From the NCBI RefSeq assembly GCF_045037415.1, contig NZ_CP173438.1: 64,000 bases of DNA; one strand, 5' to 3'. The notes under the pieces are model-generated. The model searched no databases and was not told the origin of the DNA. It saw nothing but the letters and a program-made list of their open reading frames with translations. The position numbers were made by a program, and so were the translations under genes. Positions 16,480 to 26,272 of the stretch are shown piece by piece. Origin of the DNA: Escherichia coli. GTDB lineage: Bacteria > Pseudomonadota > Gammaproteobacteria > Enterobacterales > Enterobacteriaceae. The number at the start of each line of letters is the position of its first letter. Position 1 is the stretch's first letter.

Positions 16480-16546
16480 TATACTCAGACTCGCCTGGGA
16501 ACAAAGAGTTCAGAAAATTTTAAAAAAAATTACCGGAGGTGGCTAA

Positions 16547-17062
16547 ATGCCGTTGTTAGATAGCTTCACAGTCGATCATACCCGGATGGAAGCGCCTGCA
16601 GTTCGGGTGGCGAAAACAATGAACACCCCGCATGGCGACGCAATCACCGTGTTCGATCTGCGCTTCTGCGTGCCGAACAAAGAAGTGATGCCAGAAAGAG
16701 GGATCCATACCCTGGAGCACCTGTTTGCTGGTTTTATGCGTAACCATCTTAACGGTAATGGCGTAGAGATTATCGATATCTCGCCAATGGGCTGCCGCAC
16801 CGGTTTTTATATGAGTCTGATTGGTACGCCAGATGAGCAGCGTGTCGCTGATGCCTGGAAAGCGGCAATGGAAGACGTGCTGAAAGTGCAGGATCAGAAT
16901 CAGATCCCGGAACTGAACGTCTACCAGTGTGGCACTTACCAGATGCACTCGTTGCAGGAAGCGCAGGATATTGCGCGTAACATTCTGGAACGTGACGTGC
17001 GCATCAACAGCAACGAAGAACTGGCGCTGCCGAAAGAGAAGTTGCAGGAACTGCACATTTAG
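16547..17062 (+). CDS. luxS: S-ribosylhomocysteine lyase (AI-2 synthase)
   Basis: 171 aa, HTLEHL metal-binding motif. Confidence 0.96.
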   Translation: MPLLDSFTVDHTRMEAPAVRVAKTMNTPHGDAITVFDLRFCVPNKEVMPERGIHTLEHLFAGFMRNHLNGNGVEIIDISPMGCRTGFYMSLIGTPDEQRVADAWKAAMEDVLKVQDQNQIPELNVYQCGTYQMHSLQEAQDIARNILERDVRINSNEELALPKEKLQELHI

Positions 17063-17070
17063 TCAGTTTA

Positions 17071-17107
17071 AGCAGAAGAGGCCGGGCTGGTGAAAACACC
17101 GCCCGGC
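17071..17107 (+). terminator. luxS intrinsic terminator
   Basis: 7-bp stem gccgggc...gcccggc followed by TTTTG. Confidence 0.7.
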
Positions 17108-17112
17108 TTTTG

Positions 17113-18225
17113 TTACCTGTCAGTCATCCGATATTCCACGCTATGTGCTTCATCAGGTTGAGGAACTTCCAGCCTTGAGGCCATCCGCATCACGACCGCT
17201 TCAGGAACTGCATACTCGCGTCTGGCATTTTGCTGGTTCCATTGCGCCCATGGCACTTCCAGATAAACGATTTTTACTCGTGCGCCGTAAGCCGTAAACA
17301 GACTGATGAGCTGGCTGCGCAGCTGGCGGGTAATGTTCGTTGCATTCCAGATGAACGGCTTTTTCTGGCGTAAAAAAACGCGCGCCTCTTCTTTTGCCTG
17401 TTGCACAATACGCCCGGTGGCGGTTTTGTCGTCCGGACTGGCATTGATTCGCCGCCGCATATCATCAAGGCTGATAACGTCCATTCCCTGGCACTGTTCA
17501 CTGATATAGCGATCTTTGCCCATACCCGGTAAGCCACACAGCAAAATAACCTCAAAAGGTTCAGCCTCCCAGGGAACAAAATCAGGAGAACTTTGCTCAT
17601 GAGTCAGGTAGTGCCAGCGTGCGGAATCAGAAACGAACGGGCGCATTTTTCCCCAGCATTGTTGCTCATGGCAAAACAGCTCGAACAGATCGATGCGTTC
17701 CAGCATTGATTGCTGATCCGGGCTTTGGCGACCAAGCAGATCGGCACGAGCAAGCAAAGCGAGCAGACGCGTGTCGATGCGCATTGCAGCCGTGAGCAAC
17801 AAACGCTCCGGTTCCGGACGTTCCAGTAACCATAGCGGTAACCCATGCAGACGCACCAGTGCAACAATTTGCTCGCGCAGCACGAACGGCGTTGGGATAT
17901 CGCGCCATAAAATTTGTCGAGCCGTCAGTTCGCCCCGACGAGCATGACCAGGAGACTGAATACGTCCGTTTTCCTGCACGGTAGTGCTGCGCTTTTCAAC
18001 ATCATGCAATAACGCCGCCGCCCATAAAACTTCCTGCTGTTGAGCGGGGAGTTGCTGGAATTCTGGCAGAGTAATGAGGGCGTTAAGCACCATTTCGGTA
18101 TGTACGCCGACGTCGCCTTCACCATGATGCTCAGGGTCTTGTGGCGTGTGATGCATCTCCTCAACCCAGCTAAAACGCTGACGTAGCGCCGACCAGCGTT
18201 TATCGTCGGTAAGTTGCCAAATCAT
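17113..18225 (-). CDS. Predicted bifunctional RNA/DNA end-healing enzyme: N-terminal HD phosphohydrolase plus C-terminal P-loop polynucleotide kinase (HD-Pnk-like)
   Basis: 370 aa; HD motifs [12 protein letters not shown] and LLHDVEK (H74-D75); Walker A-like GLPGMGKD at 17512-17535; GGAG SD; ATGA overlap with upstream ligase gene; no counterpart at this locus in K-12 as I recall it. Confidence 0.6.
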   Translation of the reverse strand: MIWQLTDDKRWSALRQRFSWVEEMHHTPQDPEHHGEGDVGVHTEMVLNALITLPEFQQLPAQQQEVLWAAALLHDVEKRSTTVQENGRIQSPGHARRGELTARQILWRDIPTPFVLREQIVALVRLHGLPLWLLERPEPERLLLTAAMRIDTRLLALLARADLLGRQSPDQQSMLERIDLFELFCHEQQCWGKMRPFVSDSARWHYLTHEQSSPDFVPWEAEPFEVILLCGLPGMGKDRYISEQCQGMDVISLDDMRRRINASPDDKTATGRIVQQAKEEARVFLRQKKPFIWNATNITRQLRSQLISLFTAYGARVKIVYLEVPWAQWNQQNARREYAVPEAVVMRMASRLEVPQPDEAHSVEYRMTDR

Positions 18226-18929
18226 GACTGTTCTCCATAAACGAACTCATGGGCCATCCGCGCCCGTTGCCAGTGGCGTTTCCAGTGCACAGTGGTTTTG
18301 ACATGATTTTTGCGCACATACTTGAAGACGTTATGCGAAAAGTCAGCGACAGAAAACGCATCATGATTTCGGCTGACAATGCCTTCCAGCGTACAGGGTT
18401 GACAGGTTTGCGTATCCCAGGGATCGAATGTGCCGCGCGCATTGGTCAGCGCCAGAAAATCACGTTGCCAGCTTTTTTCATCATTCCCCGGCTGCGGGCC
18501 GGAGATTTCGGGAACGCAGGGGAAATCAAACAGAGCGGCGTAAAACTGCACCTCTTCCCAGCTCAGCCACATATCCTGGCAGCGAACGGCAAACAGGTAA
18601 AAGTCCTGTTCCAGCGCGCGGTATTCAATGGAATGAACGGCGTAGAGATTTTCACCAAACAACTCCAGGTTGCCGAGATCGTTTTTCAGCAGTTGCCAGC
18701 GTTGGCGAATTTTATAGGTCCATGCCGACTGCGTAGGCGTGGCATGGGAGCGGGCAAACACGCCGTAGCGGTTAAGGCAGTTATTTTCGCCATCGAGTTT
18801 TTCTGTGTGCACCAATTGCGTGATGGTCTGTAAATCCTGCCAGTAATCGGTGTTAATGCGGTCATCGCTGGTGGTGCCTGGAGAGAAGGGGTAATGCCAG
18901 GTTCTCCCGTATTTACGTTGGGTATTCAT
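18222..18929 (-). CDS. Predicted ATP-dependent RNA ligase, minimal nucleotidyltransferase domain
   Basis: 235 aa; motif I KLDG (K44, codons at 18789-18800), motif III-like FGE, motif IV LEGIV, motif V KYVRK. Confidence 0.55.
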   Translation of the reverse strand: MNTQRKYGRTWHYPFSPGTTSDDRINTDYWQDLQTITQLVHTEKLDGENNCLNRYGVFARSHATPTQSAWTYKIRQRWQLLKNDLGNLELFGENLYAVHSIEYRALEQDFYLFAVRCQDMWLSWEEVQFYAALFDFPCVPEISGPQPGNDEKSWQRDFLALTNARGTFDPWDTQTCQPCTLEGIVSRNHDAFSVADFSHNVFKYVRKNHVKTTVHWKRHWQRARMAHEFVYGEQS

Positions 18930-19150
18930 AATAATCCATTATTTTGTGTGTAATAAATGTACGCCCGCGAGGGTGCGAGTTTTGGGGTTAAAAGAAAAAT
19001 GTGAGTATCACCCGCGAAAGCGAGGGCGAAGGAAAAAGAGAATTAACAACCTGAGCGAATGCTCAGAACCGGCTAATGGTGAATGGAAGAGTTTGGGGCG
19101 GCGAAAAGATACACCGAATGAGTGTATAAAACAACCGTTTGCAGAATGAG

Positions 19151-19179
19151 CAAATAAAAAGGGAGCCGCAGCTCCCTTT
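19151..19179 (-). terminator. emrB intrinsic terminator
   Basis: On minus strand: hairpin gggagctgcggctccc followed by TTTTTATTTG, directly after emrB stop. Confidence 0.7.
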
Positions 19180-19186
19180 GGCAACC

Positions 19187-20725
19187 TTAGTGCGCACCGC
19201 CTCCGCCGCCACCTGCGCCAAATGGCGGTTTAGCAAACCACACCAGCCCCAGCAGGACGAGGAATATCCCGGCTGACATCCAGAAGATCTCATTGGCGGA
19301 AATAATCAGCCCCTGATTGGTTATCTGCTGGGCAATCCAGCCTGATGCCTGCTGTTGCGTCATACCAAGCCCTTCCAGTTGACTGTACATCGCCTGAGCA
19401 TTCGGGTTGAACGGGTTTACCGACTCAGTCAACTGTGCATGGTGCAGCGACTCGCGGTTGGTCCACATGGTCGTGGTTATCGACGTGCCGATAGACCCCG
19501 CCAGCGTTCGCGTAAAGTTGGAGAGGCTCGATGCCGCCGCCAGTCGTTCCGGTGGCAAACCGGACAGCGTAATGGTGGTCAGCGGCATAAAGAAGCAGGC
19601 CACCGCAAAACCCTGGATAAACTGTGGCCAGGCCGACGCGCCAAAATCCATACCCGGTTCAAAGGTATAGGCACGCCAGTAGAAGCAGACGGCATACATA
19701 ATAAAGCTGAAGGTTACCAGTCGGCGCATATCCAGTTTATGCGCGAAGCGGCCGATAATCGGCGACAGGATCACCGGAATAATCCCTACCGGCGCAGAGG
19801 CCAGCCCTGCCCACGTCGCCGTGTAACCGTAGACCTCCTGCAACAACTGCGGCAGCAGAACAATCGCGCCGAAGTAGAGCATATACGCGAGGCTGATACA
19901 CAAGCAGCCGATGGTGAAGTTGCGCGACTTAAACAACGACAGATCGACTATCGGGTTATCGTCGGTCAGCTCCCAGACAATCAGGAAGCAGATAGCCACC
20001 ACCGCCACCACGGTGAGGATGATAATTTCCTGTGATGAGAACCAGTCCAGCTCTTTACCGCGGTCGAGCATAATCTGCAGGCTGCCGATACCAATAACCA
20101 GCAGTGCCAGCCCCACGGCATCAATCCGCCGCCGTTCGGTGCGGGTTTCACGTCCGCGCAGAGTTTGCAGTGTCATCAACACCACCGCCACGCCAATCGG
20201 CACGTTGATGAAGAATATCCAGCCCCAGTGGTAATTATCACTGATATAACCGCCGAGGATCGGGCCGCAAATTGGCGCAACAATCACCGTCATCGACCAC
20301 AACGCCAGCGCGATCGAGCGTTTGGCTGGCGGGTAGTTATTCAGCAATAGACTTTGCGAAAGCGGAATTAACGGCCCGGCGACAATCCCCTGAATCACGC
20401 GGAAGAAGATCAGCATATTCAGGCTGCTGGAGACACCACACGCCCACGACGCAATAGCAAAGGCGATGGTGGACCAGAGGAACAGTTTCACTTCCCCGAC
20501 GCGCTTTGCCAGCCAGCCGGTAAGCGGGATCGAGATGGCATTCGCCACCCCGAAAGAAGTGATTACCCACGTTCCCTGGCTGAGCGATGAGCCCAGATTC
20601 CCGGCGATAGTGGGGATCGCCACGTTAGCAATGGTGGAGTCCAGCACCTGCATGAATGTCGCCAGTGACAGCGCAATCGTCATAATGACCAGTTGTGCGC
20701 CTTCCAGCGGTTTTTGCTGTTGCAT
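19187..20725 (-). CDS. emrB: Multidrug efflux MFS transporter, 14-TM permease subunit
   Basis: 512 aa from MQQQKPLEGAQ; downstream of emrA. Confidence 0.93.
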   Translation of the reverse strand: MQQQKPLEGAQLVIMTIALSLATFMQVLDSTIANVAIPTIAGNLGSSLSQGTWVITSFGVANAISIPLTGWLAKRVGEVKLFLWSTIAFAIASWACGVSSSLNMLIFFRVIQGIVAGPLIPLSQSLLLNNYPPAKRSIALALWSMTVIVAPICGPILGGYISDNYHWGWIFFINVPIGVAVVLMTLQTLRGRETRTERRRIDAVGLALLVIGIGSLQIMLDRGKELDWFSSQEIIILTVVAVVAICFLIVWELTDDNPIVDLSLFKSRNFTIGCLCISLAYMLYFGAIVLLPQLLQEVYGYTATWAGLASAPVGIIPVILSPIIGRFAHKLDMRRLVTFSFIMYAVCFYWRAYTFEPGMDFGASAWPQFIQGFAVACFFMPLTTITLSGLPPERLAAASSLSNFTRTLAGSIGTSITTTMWTNRESLHHAQLTESVNPFNPNAQAMYSQLEGLGMTQQQASGWIAQQITNQGLIISANEIFWMSAGIFLVLLGLVWFAKPPFGAGGGGGGAH

Positions 20726-20741
20726 CACACGCACCTCTGGA

Positions 20742-21914
20742 TTAGCCAGCGTTAGCTTTTACGATATCGTCGATCAGTTTATTGACAGGTGCCAGGCTGA
20801 TTTCACGCGCGGTGCTTACCGCGACCGGTGTGGAACGTACTTTGTTTGCCAGTACCTGACCGTCACGGTTAGTGGTATTGACACTCACCAGCGTGGATAA
20901 ACCGATACGCAGCGGGTATTGCTCCAGCTGTTTCTGGTCCAGTTCAATACGCACAGGCAGACGCTGAACGACTTTGATCCAGTTACCGGTGGCGTTTTGC
21001 GCCGGAAGCAGTGAGAACGCGCTACCTGTGCCCATATCCAGACCAACCACTTTACCGGTGTATTTCACATCATCGCCGTAAATATCGGTGGTGATGGTGA
21101 CCGGTTGACCGATACGCATATTGGCAATCTGCGTCTCTTTAAAGTTGGCATCCACCCACATATTGGTGGCTGGAACGACCGCCATCAGCGGCGTCGTTGG
21201 GCTAATTTGCGCCCCAGGCTGTACCGCGCGGCGGGAGACATAACCGGTCATCGGACTGACAATACGGGTACGCTCCAGCGCCAGCCAGGCGTTACGTACT
21301 TCGGTGGCAGCCTGTTGTACGGCAGGCTGATCTTCCAGTTTCGTCCCCAGAATCATCGCCTGATTGGCATTGTATTGTTGAATAGCGACGTCCAGTTGCG
21401 CCTGGGCACTGGTGACGGCGTCGCGGGCGTGTTGCAGCTCTTCGCGACCAATCAGGTTGGCATTGCCCAGCGGCACACGGCGGTTGTAGTCGCTTTGTGC
21501 TTTCGCGAGGGCGATTTTTTGCACCTCAATATTCGCCTGCAACTGTTTGCTGTTAATCATCAGCTGGTGGGTTTGGCGAACGCTGGAAGCCAGTGCAGTT
21601 TTGGCTTTTTCAAACGCCTGGCGAGCATCTGTCGGGTCGAGAGTGACCAGCACGTCGCCTTCTTTTACAAAATCGGTGTTATCGGCCCAGACTTTCGTCA
21701 CGCTGCCAGACACCTGAGACATAATTTGAATCTGATTCCCTGCCACGTATGCGTCATCGGTTTCTTCGAAATGACGCAGTACCAAAAACCAATAAATCCC
21801 TATCGCTACGGCAATAATTATAAAGAGCAAGGTGAGAAGGAGGAGCAGACGCTTACGTTTGCCGCTCTTCTTTACCGGTTGCTGCGGGGTTTGAGTCTCC
21901 GCATTTGCGCTCAT
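20742..21914 (-). CDS. emrA: Multidrug efflux membrane fusion protein
   Basis: 390 aa from MSANAETQ; single N-terminal TM plus coiled-coil. Confidence 0.93.
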   Translation of the reverse strand: MSANAETQTPQQPVKKSGKRKRLLLLLTLLFIIIAVAIGIYWFLVLRHFEETDDAYVAGNQIQIMSQVSGSVTKVWADNTDFVKEGDVLVTLDPTDARQAFEKAKTALASSVRQTHQLMINSKQLQANIEVQKIALAKAQSDYNRRVPLGNANLIGREELQHARDAVTSAQAQLDVAIQQYNANQAMILGTKLEDQPAVQQAATEVRNAWLALERTRIVSPMTGYVSRRAVQPGAQISPTTPLMAVVPATNMWVDANFKETQIANMRIGQPVTITTDIYGDDVKYTGKVVGLDMGTGSAFSLLPAQNATGNWIKVVQRLPVRIELDQKQLEQYPLRIGLSTLVSVNTTNRDGQVLANKVRSTPVAVSTAREISLAPVNKLIDDIVKANAG

Positions 21915-22040
21915 ATTGTTCTCCACGATCTTCTTAACTCATCGGCTGAGCCGACCTGCTTGCCAAAAAGGCCAGCATGTTGCGATGCTGGCCGGTTATT
22001 TTTTCTTTTATAAATCTGGATTTTTGAGCGAGATGACGCG

Positions 22041-22571
22041 TTAGCTCATCGCTTCGAGAACCACACCGCCCTGTTCCATCTGGTCGAGACGGGAGAGCAA
22101 TTTGCGGGTGATTTGCTCGAGCTGGTCTTTTTCTGTTGTGCTGAGCGCGGACCAGAGTTGATGCAGGCAGTTATGCTGCGGCGGTAAAACCTCGCGCAAA
22201 AACTCGTGACCTTTTTCCGTTAATTGCAGATGCAGGCAGCGGCGATCGTTATCGCTTTCACGACGTTCGATCCAACCGCGTTTTTCCAGTTCATCGGCAA
22301 TACGCGTCGCGTTGGTACGGGATGATCCAAGAGCACAACTCAATTCAGAAGGCTGAATACTGTGGTTTTCCTGAGACTCCAGCGTAATCAACGCCATAAA
22401 CAACGTCTCGTTAATCCCCTGAGCCTTCAGCATTTTATTGCGGTTTTCCAGCAGCTTGCTTTGCATATGCATGCAAAGACGGGTCAGAAGGATCTCCTGA
22501 TAAGGAAAATCTTCGTGGCGGCTGGCGCGAAATTTTAGCATTTGTTCAATGGGCGTAAACGAACTATCCAT
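22041..22571 (-). CDS. mprA: MarR-family repressor of emrAB
   Basis: 176 aa, winged-helix MarR domain, upstream of emrA. Confidence 0.92.
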   Translation of the reverse strand: MDSSFTPIEQMLKFRASRHEDFPYQEILLTRLCMHMQSKLLENRNKMLKAQGINETLFMALITLESQENHSIQPSELSCALGSSRTNATRIADELEKRGWIERRESDNDRRCLHLQLTEKGHEFLREVLPPQHNCLHQLWSALSTTEKDQLEQITRKLLSRLDQMEQGGVVLEAMS

Positions 22572-22661
22572 TTGGGTATGACCTCATTAATTTCAGCCGA
22601 TATAGTAACGACAGTGACAAATAAAGTAAATGTATTGTTTTAGAAAAATGATTCTTGTGGA

Positions 22662-22997
22662 TTATATAATCGCCATCACTTTCCAGGCGAGCCCATAGGC
22701 CAGCGCACTAAGCAGTGTTGGGATGATAATGCTGCGTGTTTTATAGAAACTGGCACCCAGTACCGCGAAGCCGACCAGTGTGGGCACGAAACGGCGTGTA
22801 TCGTGCATCACTTCTGGTGCGGTAGAGACAACCAGCAGAGCGCATATCGAGGCGATGCCAATGGTGTCGAGCAAAATACCTACCGCGCCACGTTTGGTTG
22901 GGCGGGCATTACCCACACGCAGGCGCAGCGGCAGATAGCGGAAGCAATAATTCGCCGCGCCAACCAGTAACCCAAGCAGCAGAACCTCATAGCTCAT
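22662..22997 (-). CDS. ygaH: Branched-chain amino acid exporter small subunit (AzlD-like)
   Basis: 111 aa hydrophobic ORF overlapping ygaZ. Confidence 0.85.
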   Translation of the reverse strand: MSYEVLLLGLLVGAANYCFRYLPLRLRVGNARPTKRGAVGILLDTIGIASICALLVVSTAPEVMHDTRRFVPTLVGFAVLGASFYKTRSIIIPTLLSALAYGLAWKVMAII

Positions 22998-23724
22998 CGG
23001 GCGCTCCTTGCCAGAATGCCTGGATTAACGCAGTGAGGCAGCCACAGACAATGCCTGCCAGAATGGCGACGGGAATAGAAAATAGCGTTACGCCTGCAAG
23101 GGCACCAACTAACGCTGCGGTAACGCAAAGAGATTGTTTGCGCTGGAAAGAGGCGAGCAGGAAACTCATAAAGAGTGCCGGAAGCATAAAACCTAATGCT
23201 GCTTCAACGGCGGGATAACCTTGCAGCAAGCCGCTGCCGGAGAATGCCCCTATTACCGTACCAAATACCCACGATGACCATGAACTGAAGGCAATGCCGA
23301 TCATCCAGTTTTCGCTCCAGCGGCGATTATTGCGTACCAGTTTTGCGGTTGCGGCGGCAAAAACCTCATCCGTCAGGCCAAACGCCCACAGGGCGGTTTT
23401 CGATTTTTGCAGACGCTGAATAATACGGCTACGCAGTGACGGGCCATACAAAACATGGCGAACATCCATTGCCATGACGGTCAGTGCAGCAACCCACAAA
23501 CTACTCCCGGCTGCCAGCATCGCGGTAATGACGAACTGGCTCGCGCCTGCATAAATGATGCAGGAGAAAAAAACGCTTTCGAGAGGAGAGAATCCCAGAC
23601 GGGTCGCATTCAGACCGAACGCAAAGGCCACCGGAATATAACTAATAACAATCGGTAAACTGTCTTTGCATCCTTCCATGAAGGTCGCCGAACCAGGAGC
23701 AGGCTGTGGAGTAGGGCTTTCCAT
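22987..23724 (-). CDS. ygaZ: Branched-chain amino acid exporter large subunit (AzlC-like)
   Basis: 245 aa polytopic membrane protein. Confidence 0.85.
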   Translation of the reverse strand: MESPTPQPAPGSATFMEGCKDSLPIVISYIPVAFAFGLNATRLGFSPLESVFFSCIIYAGASQFVITAMLAAGSSLWVAALTVMAMDVRHVLYGPSLRSRIIQRLQKSKTALWAFGLTDEVFAAATAKLVRNNRRWSENWMIGIAFSSWSSWVFGTVIGAFSGSGLLQGYPAVEAALGFMLPALFMSFLLASFQRKQSLCVTAALVGALAGVTLFSIPVAILAGIVCGCLTALIQAFWQGAPDEL

Positions 23725-23847
23725 AGAGTGTACGCTTAACGATTGTTAATATTATAAATAGACTGAATGAATATCTTAACCTTATCAGACTGATGGGCTT
23801 CTTAACACCCTTATAAGTGTAAAGCCACGAAAACGGTTGCTGATTGC

Positions 23848-25032
23848 TTAATTTGCGGCTTCCTGACGATGAAAACCTCGCCACCAGACCAGTAAGTTAA
23901 CCAGGGCAATCGTCGCGCCAGCCAGACACACGCCAGCCCAACTGCCATGTTGCCAGGCTGAGGCTGAAATTAGCGAACCAGCGGCACCGCCAATAAAGTA
24001 GCTGGTCATGTAACCTGCGGTCAGGCGATTACGCGCATCAGGGTGTATTCGATAAATTACCGTCTGGTTAGTGATATGCACGCCCTGCACGGTGAGGTCC
24101 AGCACCAGGATGCCGATAATCAGCGCCAGTACGGAAGTGTGACCAAACCAGATTGCCAGCCATGAAAGTAACAGCAGAAGCAGACCGAAAGTTGTTGTGT
24201 GGTGCGATTTGCCCTTGTCGGCAAAACCGCCCGCCGGACGAGCGCCCAACGCTCCGGCAGCTCCCGCAAGTCCAAACAGACCAATTACACCATCGCTGTA
24301 GTTAAAAGGTGGAGCGGCAAGCAAAAAGGCCATTGAGGTCCAGAGAATGCTGAAGTTGGCAAAGGTCAGGCAGCCCAGCAACGCGCGGGTGCGCAGGATC
24401 TTATCGCTGATAAACATGCTGAAAACGGAACCAAGCAACTGTGGGTAGTTGAGGTGGGTTTCTGATTTCATTTGTGGCAGACCACGCCATAATGCCAGCG
24501 CCATCAGTGCCATTAACACCGAGGCAACCCAAAAGACGGTGCGCCAGCCGCCGAGGTTTGCCAGCAATCCGGCAACGGTCCGTGCGAGTAAGATCCCCAA
24601 TAGCAGGCCGCTCATAATGGTGCCAACCACTTTGCCGCGTTTGTCCGGTGAGGCCAGCGTCGCTGCCAGTGGAACCAGAATTTGTGCCACGACCGAGAAT
24701 AAACCGGTTAATGCCGTACCGAGGATCATCATCGCCAGTGACTGACTGCTGGCAGTGATTAACATACCGCCCGCTGCCAGTAAGGTCATCGAGACAATCA
24801 GGCGGCGGCGTTCAAACATATCACCGAGGGGAACAAGAAACAGCAGACCTGCGGCATAGCCCAACTGCGCGGCGGTAACAATAAAGCCCGCCGAACTGGC
24901 GGAAAGGGAAAAGTTACGCGCGATGGTGTCGAGCAATGGCTGGGCGTAATAGTTACTGGCTACCGCCAGACCGGTGGCGATAGACATCAGCACGATCAGC
25001 GCCGGGCTAAGCTCATGATTAGGTTTAGTCAT
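23848..25032 (-). CDS. ygaY: MFS transporter, intact reading frame
   Basis: 394 aa uninterrupted ORF with 12 predicted TM segments. Confidence 0.8.
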   Translation of the reverse strand: MTKPNHELSPALIVLMSIATGLAVASNYYAQPLLDTIARNFSLSASSAGFIVTAAQLGYAAGLLFLVPLGDMFERRRLIVSMTLLAAGGMLITASSQSLAMMILGTALTGLFSVVAQILVPLAATLASPDKRGKVVGTIMSGLLLGILLARTVAGLLANLGGWRTVFWVASVLMALMALALWRGLPQMKSETHLNYPQLLGSVFSMFISDKILRTRALLGCLTFANFSILWTSMAFLLAAPPFNYSDGVIGLFGLAGAAGALGARPAGGFADKGKSHHTTTFGLLLLLLSWLAIWFGHTSVLALIIGILVLDLTVQGVHITNQTVIYRIHPDARNRLTAGYMTSYFIGGAAGSLISASAWQHGSWAGVCLAGATIALVNLLVWWRGFHRQEAAN

Positions 25033-25135
25033 TATTTTTGTTCATCAGGTGATGATTAAGCTGGAAATCAATAATAGCGGATGTTGATGAATATGGGATG
25101 AAAGATAGATTGTTGAAATGTGCGGTGTGGTTTGT

Positions 25136-25215
25136 AGGTATGATAAGACGCGCCAGCGTCGCATCAGGCATTGTGTACAGAGCGGCGGATGAGGCAAAAA
25201 CGCCTTATCCGCCCG
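25136..25215. repeat. REP element plus hairpin in the proX-ygaY spacer
   Basis: gataagacgcgccagcgtcgcatcaggc REP-type palindrome and ggcggatgagg...ccttatccgcc hairpin. Confidence 0.55.
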
Positions 25216-25223
25216 AATAAAAA

Positions 25224-26216
25224 TTACTTCTGCGCTGCCAGCGCTTCATTCACCCAGCCATCGAACTGCTGCTGGTGGGCTTTGATCCAACCATCAACGT
25301 GGCCCTGAATATCGTCTTCTGAGGCTTTGCCGTCATGCATGATGGCGTTCTGGGCGTTAATATCTGCCACTGGTAACTGCATAATGGCAAACAGTTTCGC
25401 TGCTGCCGGGTTTTTCTCGGCCCAGGCTTTGTTGGCAACGATATGCATGGTACTGACCGGGAAGCCGTAATTCGCGCCATTCGGCAGTTTGGTATTGGCA
25501 TTTTTATCGCCCGGCAGTGCGGAGAACGGCACCTGCAACCAGACCACATCTTTCCCCGGTTTCAGTTCGTTACTCACCCAGTACGGCGTCCAGGTGTAGT
25601 AAAACACCGGCTTACCCTCTTTGTAACGACTGATGGTGTCAGCCATCATCGCTGCGTAGTTCCCCTGATTATGCGTCACGGTATTGGTCAGTCCATACGC
25701 GGCAAGCTGGTGGTTGATCGCACCTTCGCAGCCCCAGCCTGGGTTACAGCCGGTTAAATCCGCTTTACCGTCGCCGTTGGTATCGAACAGTTTGGCGATC
25801 TTCGGATCTTTAAGTTGCGCGATGTTGGTAATTTTATACTGGTCGGCGGTTTTCTTATCGATCAGGTAACCTTGTGCCGCGCCGTTAACAAATACCCCTT
25901 CACGATAAAATTTCTTATCGCCACCGGCAGCTTCGTACATGTTGTCATGCAGTGGCGTCCAGTTCACGGCGGTGAAGGTTGCATCGCCGGAAGCAAGCGA
26001 GGTGTAGCCAACGTTGTAATCCACTTCGCTGGGTTTATTGACGGTATAACCTAATTTCTCCAGCGCGCGGCTGACCAGCAGCGTCTGGAAGGTTTCTTCG
26101 GTGATGGTGCTTTGAACTGGATTAACTGTAATGCCTTTGCCCGGCAGGTCGGCAGCAAAAGTTTGTGTAGAGATAAGCGTGGCAAACGCTGTCGCAAAAA
26201 GTACGCTATGTCGCAT
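25224..26216 (-). CDS. proX: Glycine betaine/proline ABC transporter periplasmic binding protein
   Basis: 330 aa from [14 protein letters not shown] signal peptide. Confidence 0.93.
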   Translation of the reverse strand: MRHSVLFATAFATLISTQTFAADLPGKGITVNPVQSTITEETFQTLLVSRALEKLGYTVNKPSEVDYNVGYTSLASGDATFTAVNWTPLHDNMYEAAGGDKKFYREGVFVNGAAQGYLIDKKTADQYKITNIAQLKDPKIAKLFDTNGDGKADLTGCNPGWGCEGAINHQLAAYGLTNTVTHNQGNYAAMMADTISRYKEGKPVFYYTWTPYWVSNELKPGKDVVWLQVPFSALPGDKNANTKLPNGANYGFPVSTMHIVANKAWAEKNPAAAKLFAIMQLPVADINAQNAIMHDGKASEDDIQGHVDGWIKAHQQQFDGWVNEALAAQK

Positions 26217-26272
26217 TGTTATTCCTTTTTTTGGCAGGGTGATATGCCCGGTGTTACCGGGCAAGTGCAGAG

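Noticed and set aside
17274-17908. Several 67-108 aa ORFs in alternative frames within the HD-kinase gene
   Set aside because: Nested in other frames or antisense to the longer, motif-bearing ORF; no independent support.
19355-20035. 226-aa Arg-rich plus-strand ORF antisense to emrB
   Set aside because: Low-complexity Arg/Gln-rich product of the GC-rich antisense frame of a membrane protein gene; no RBS.
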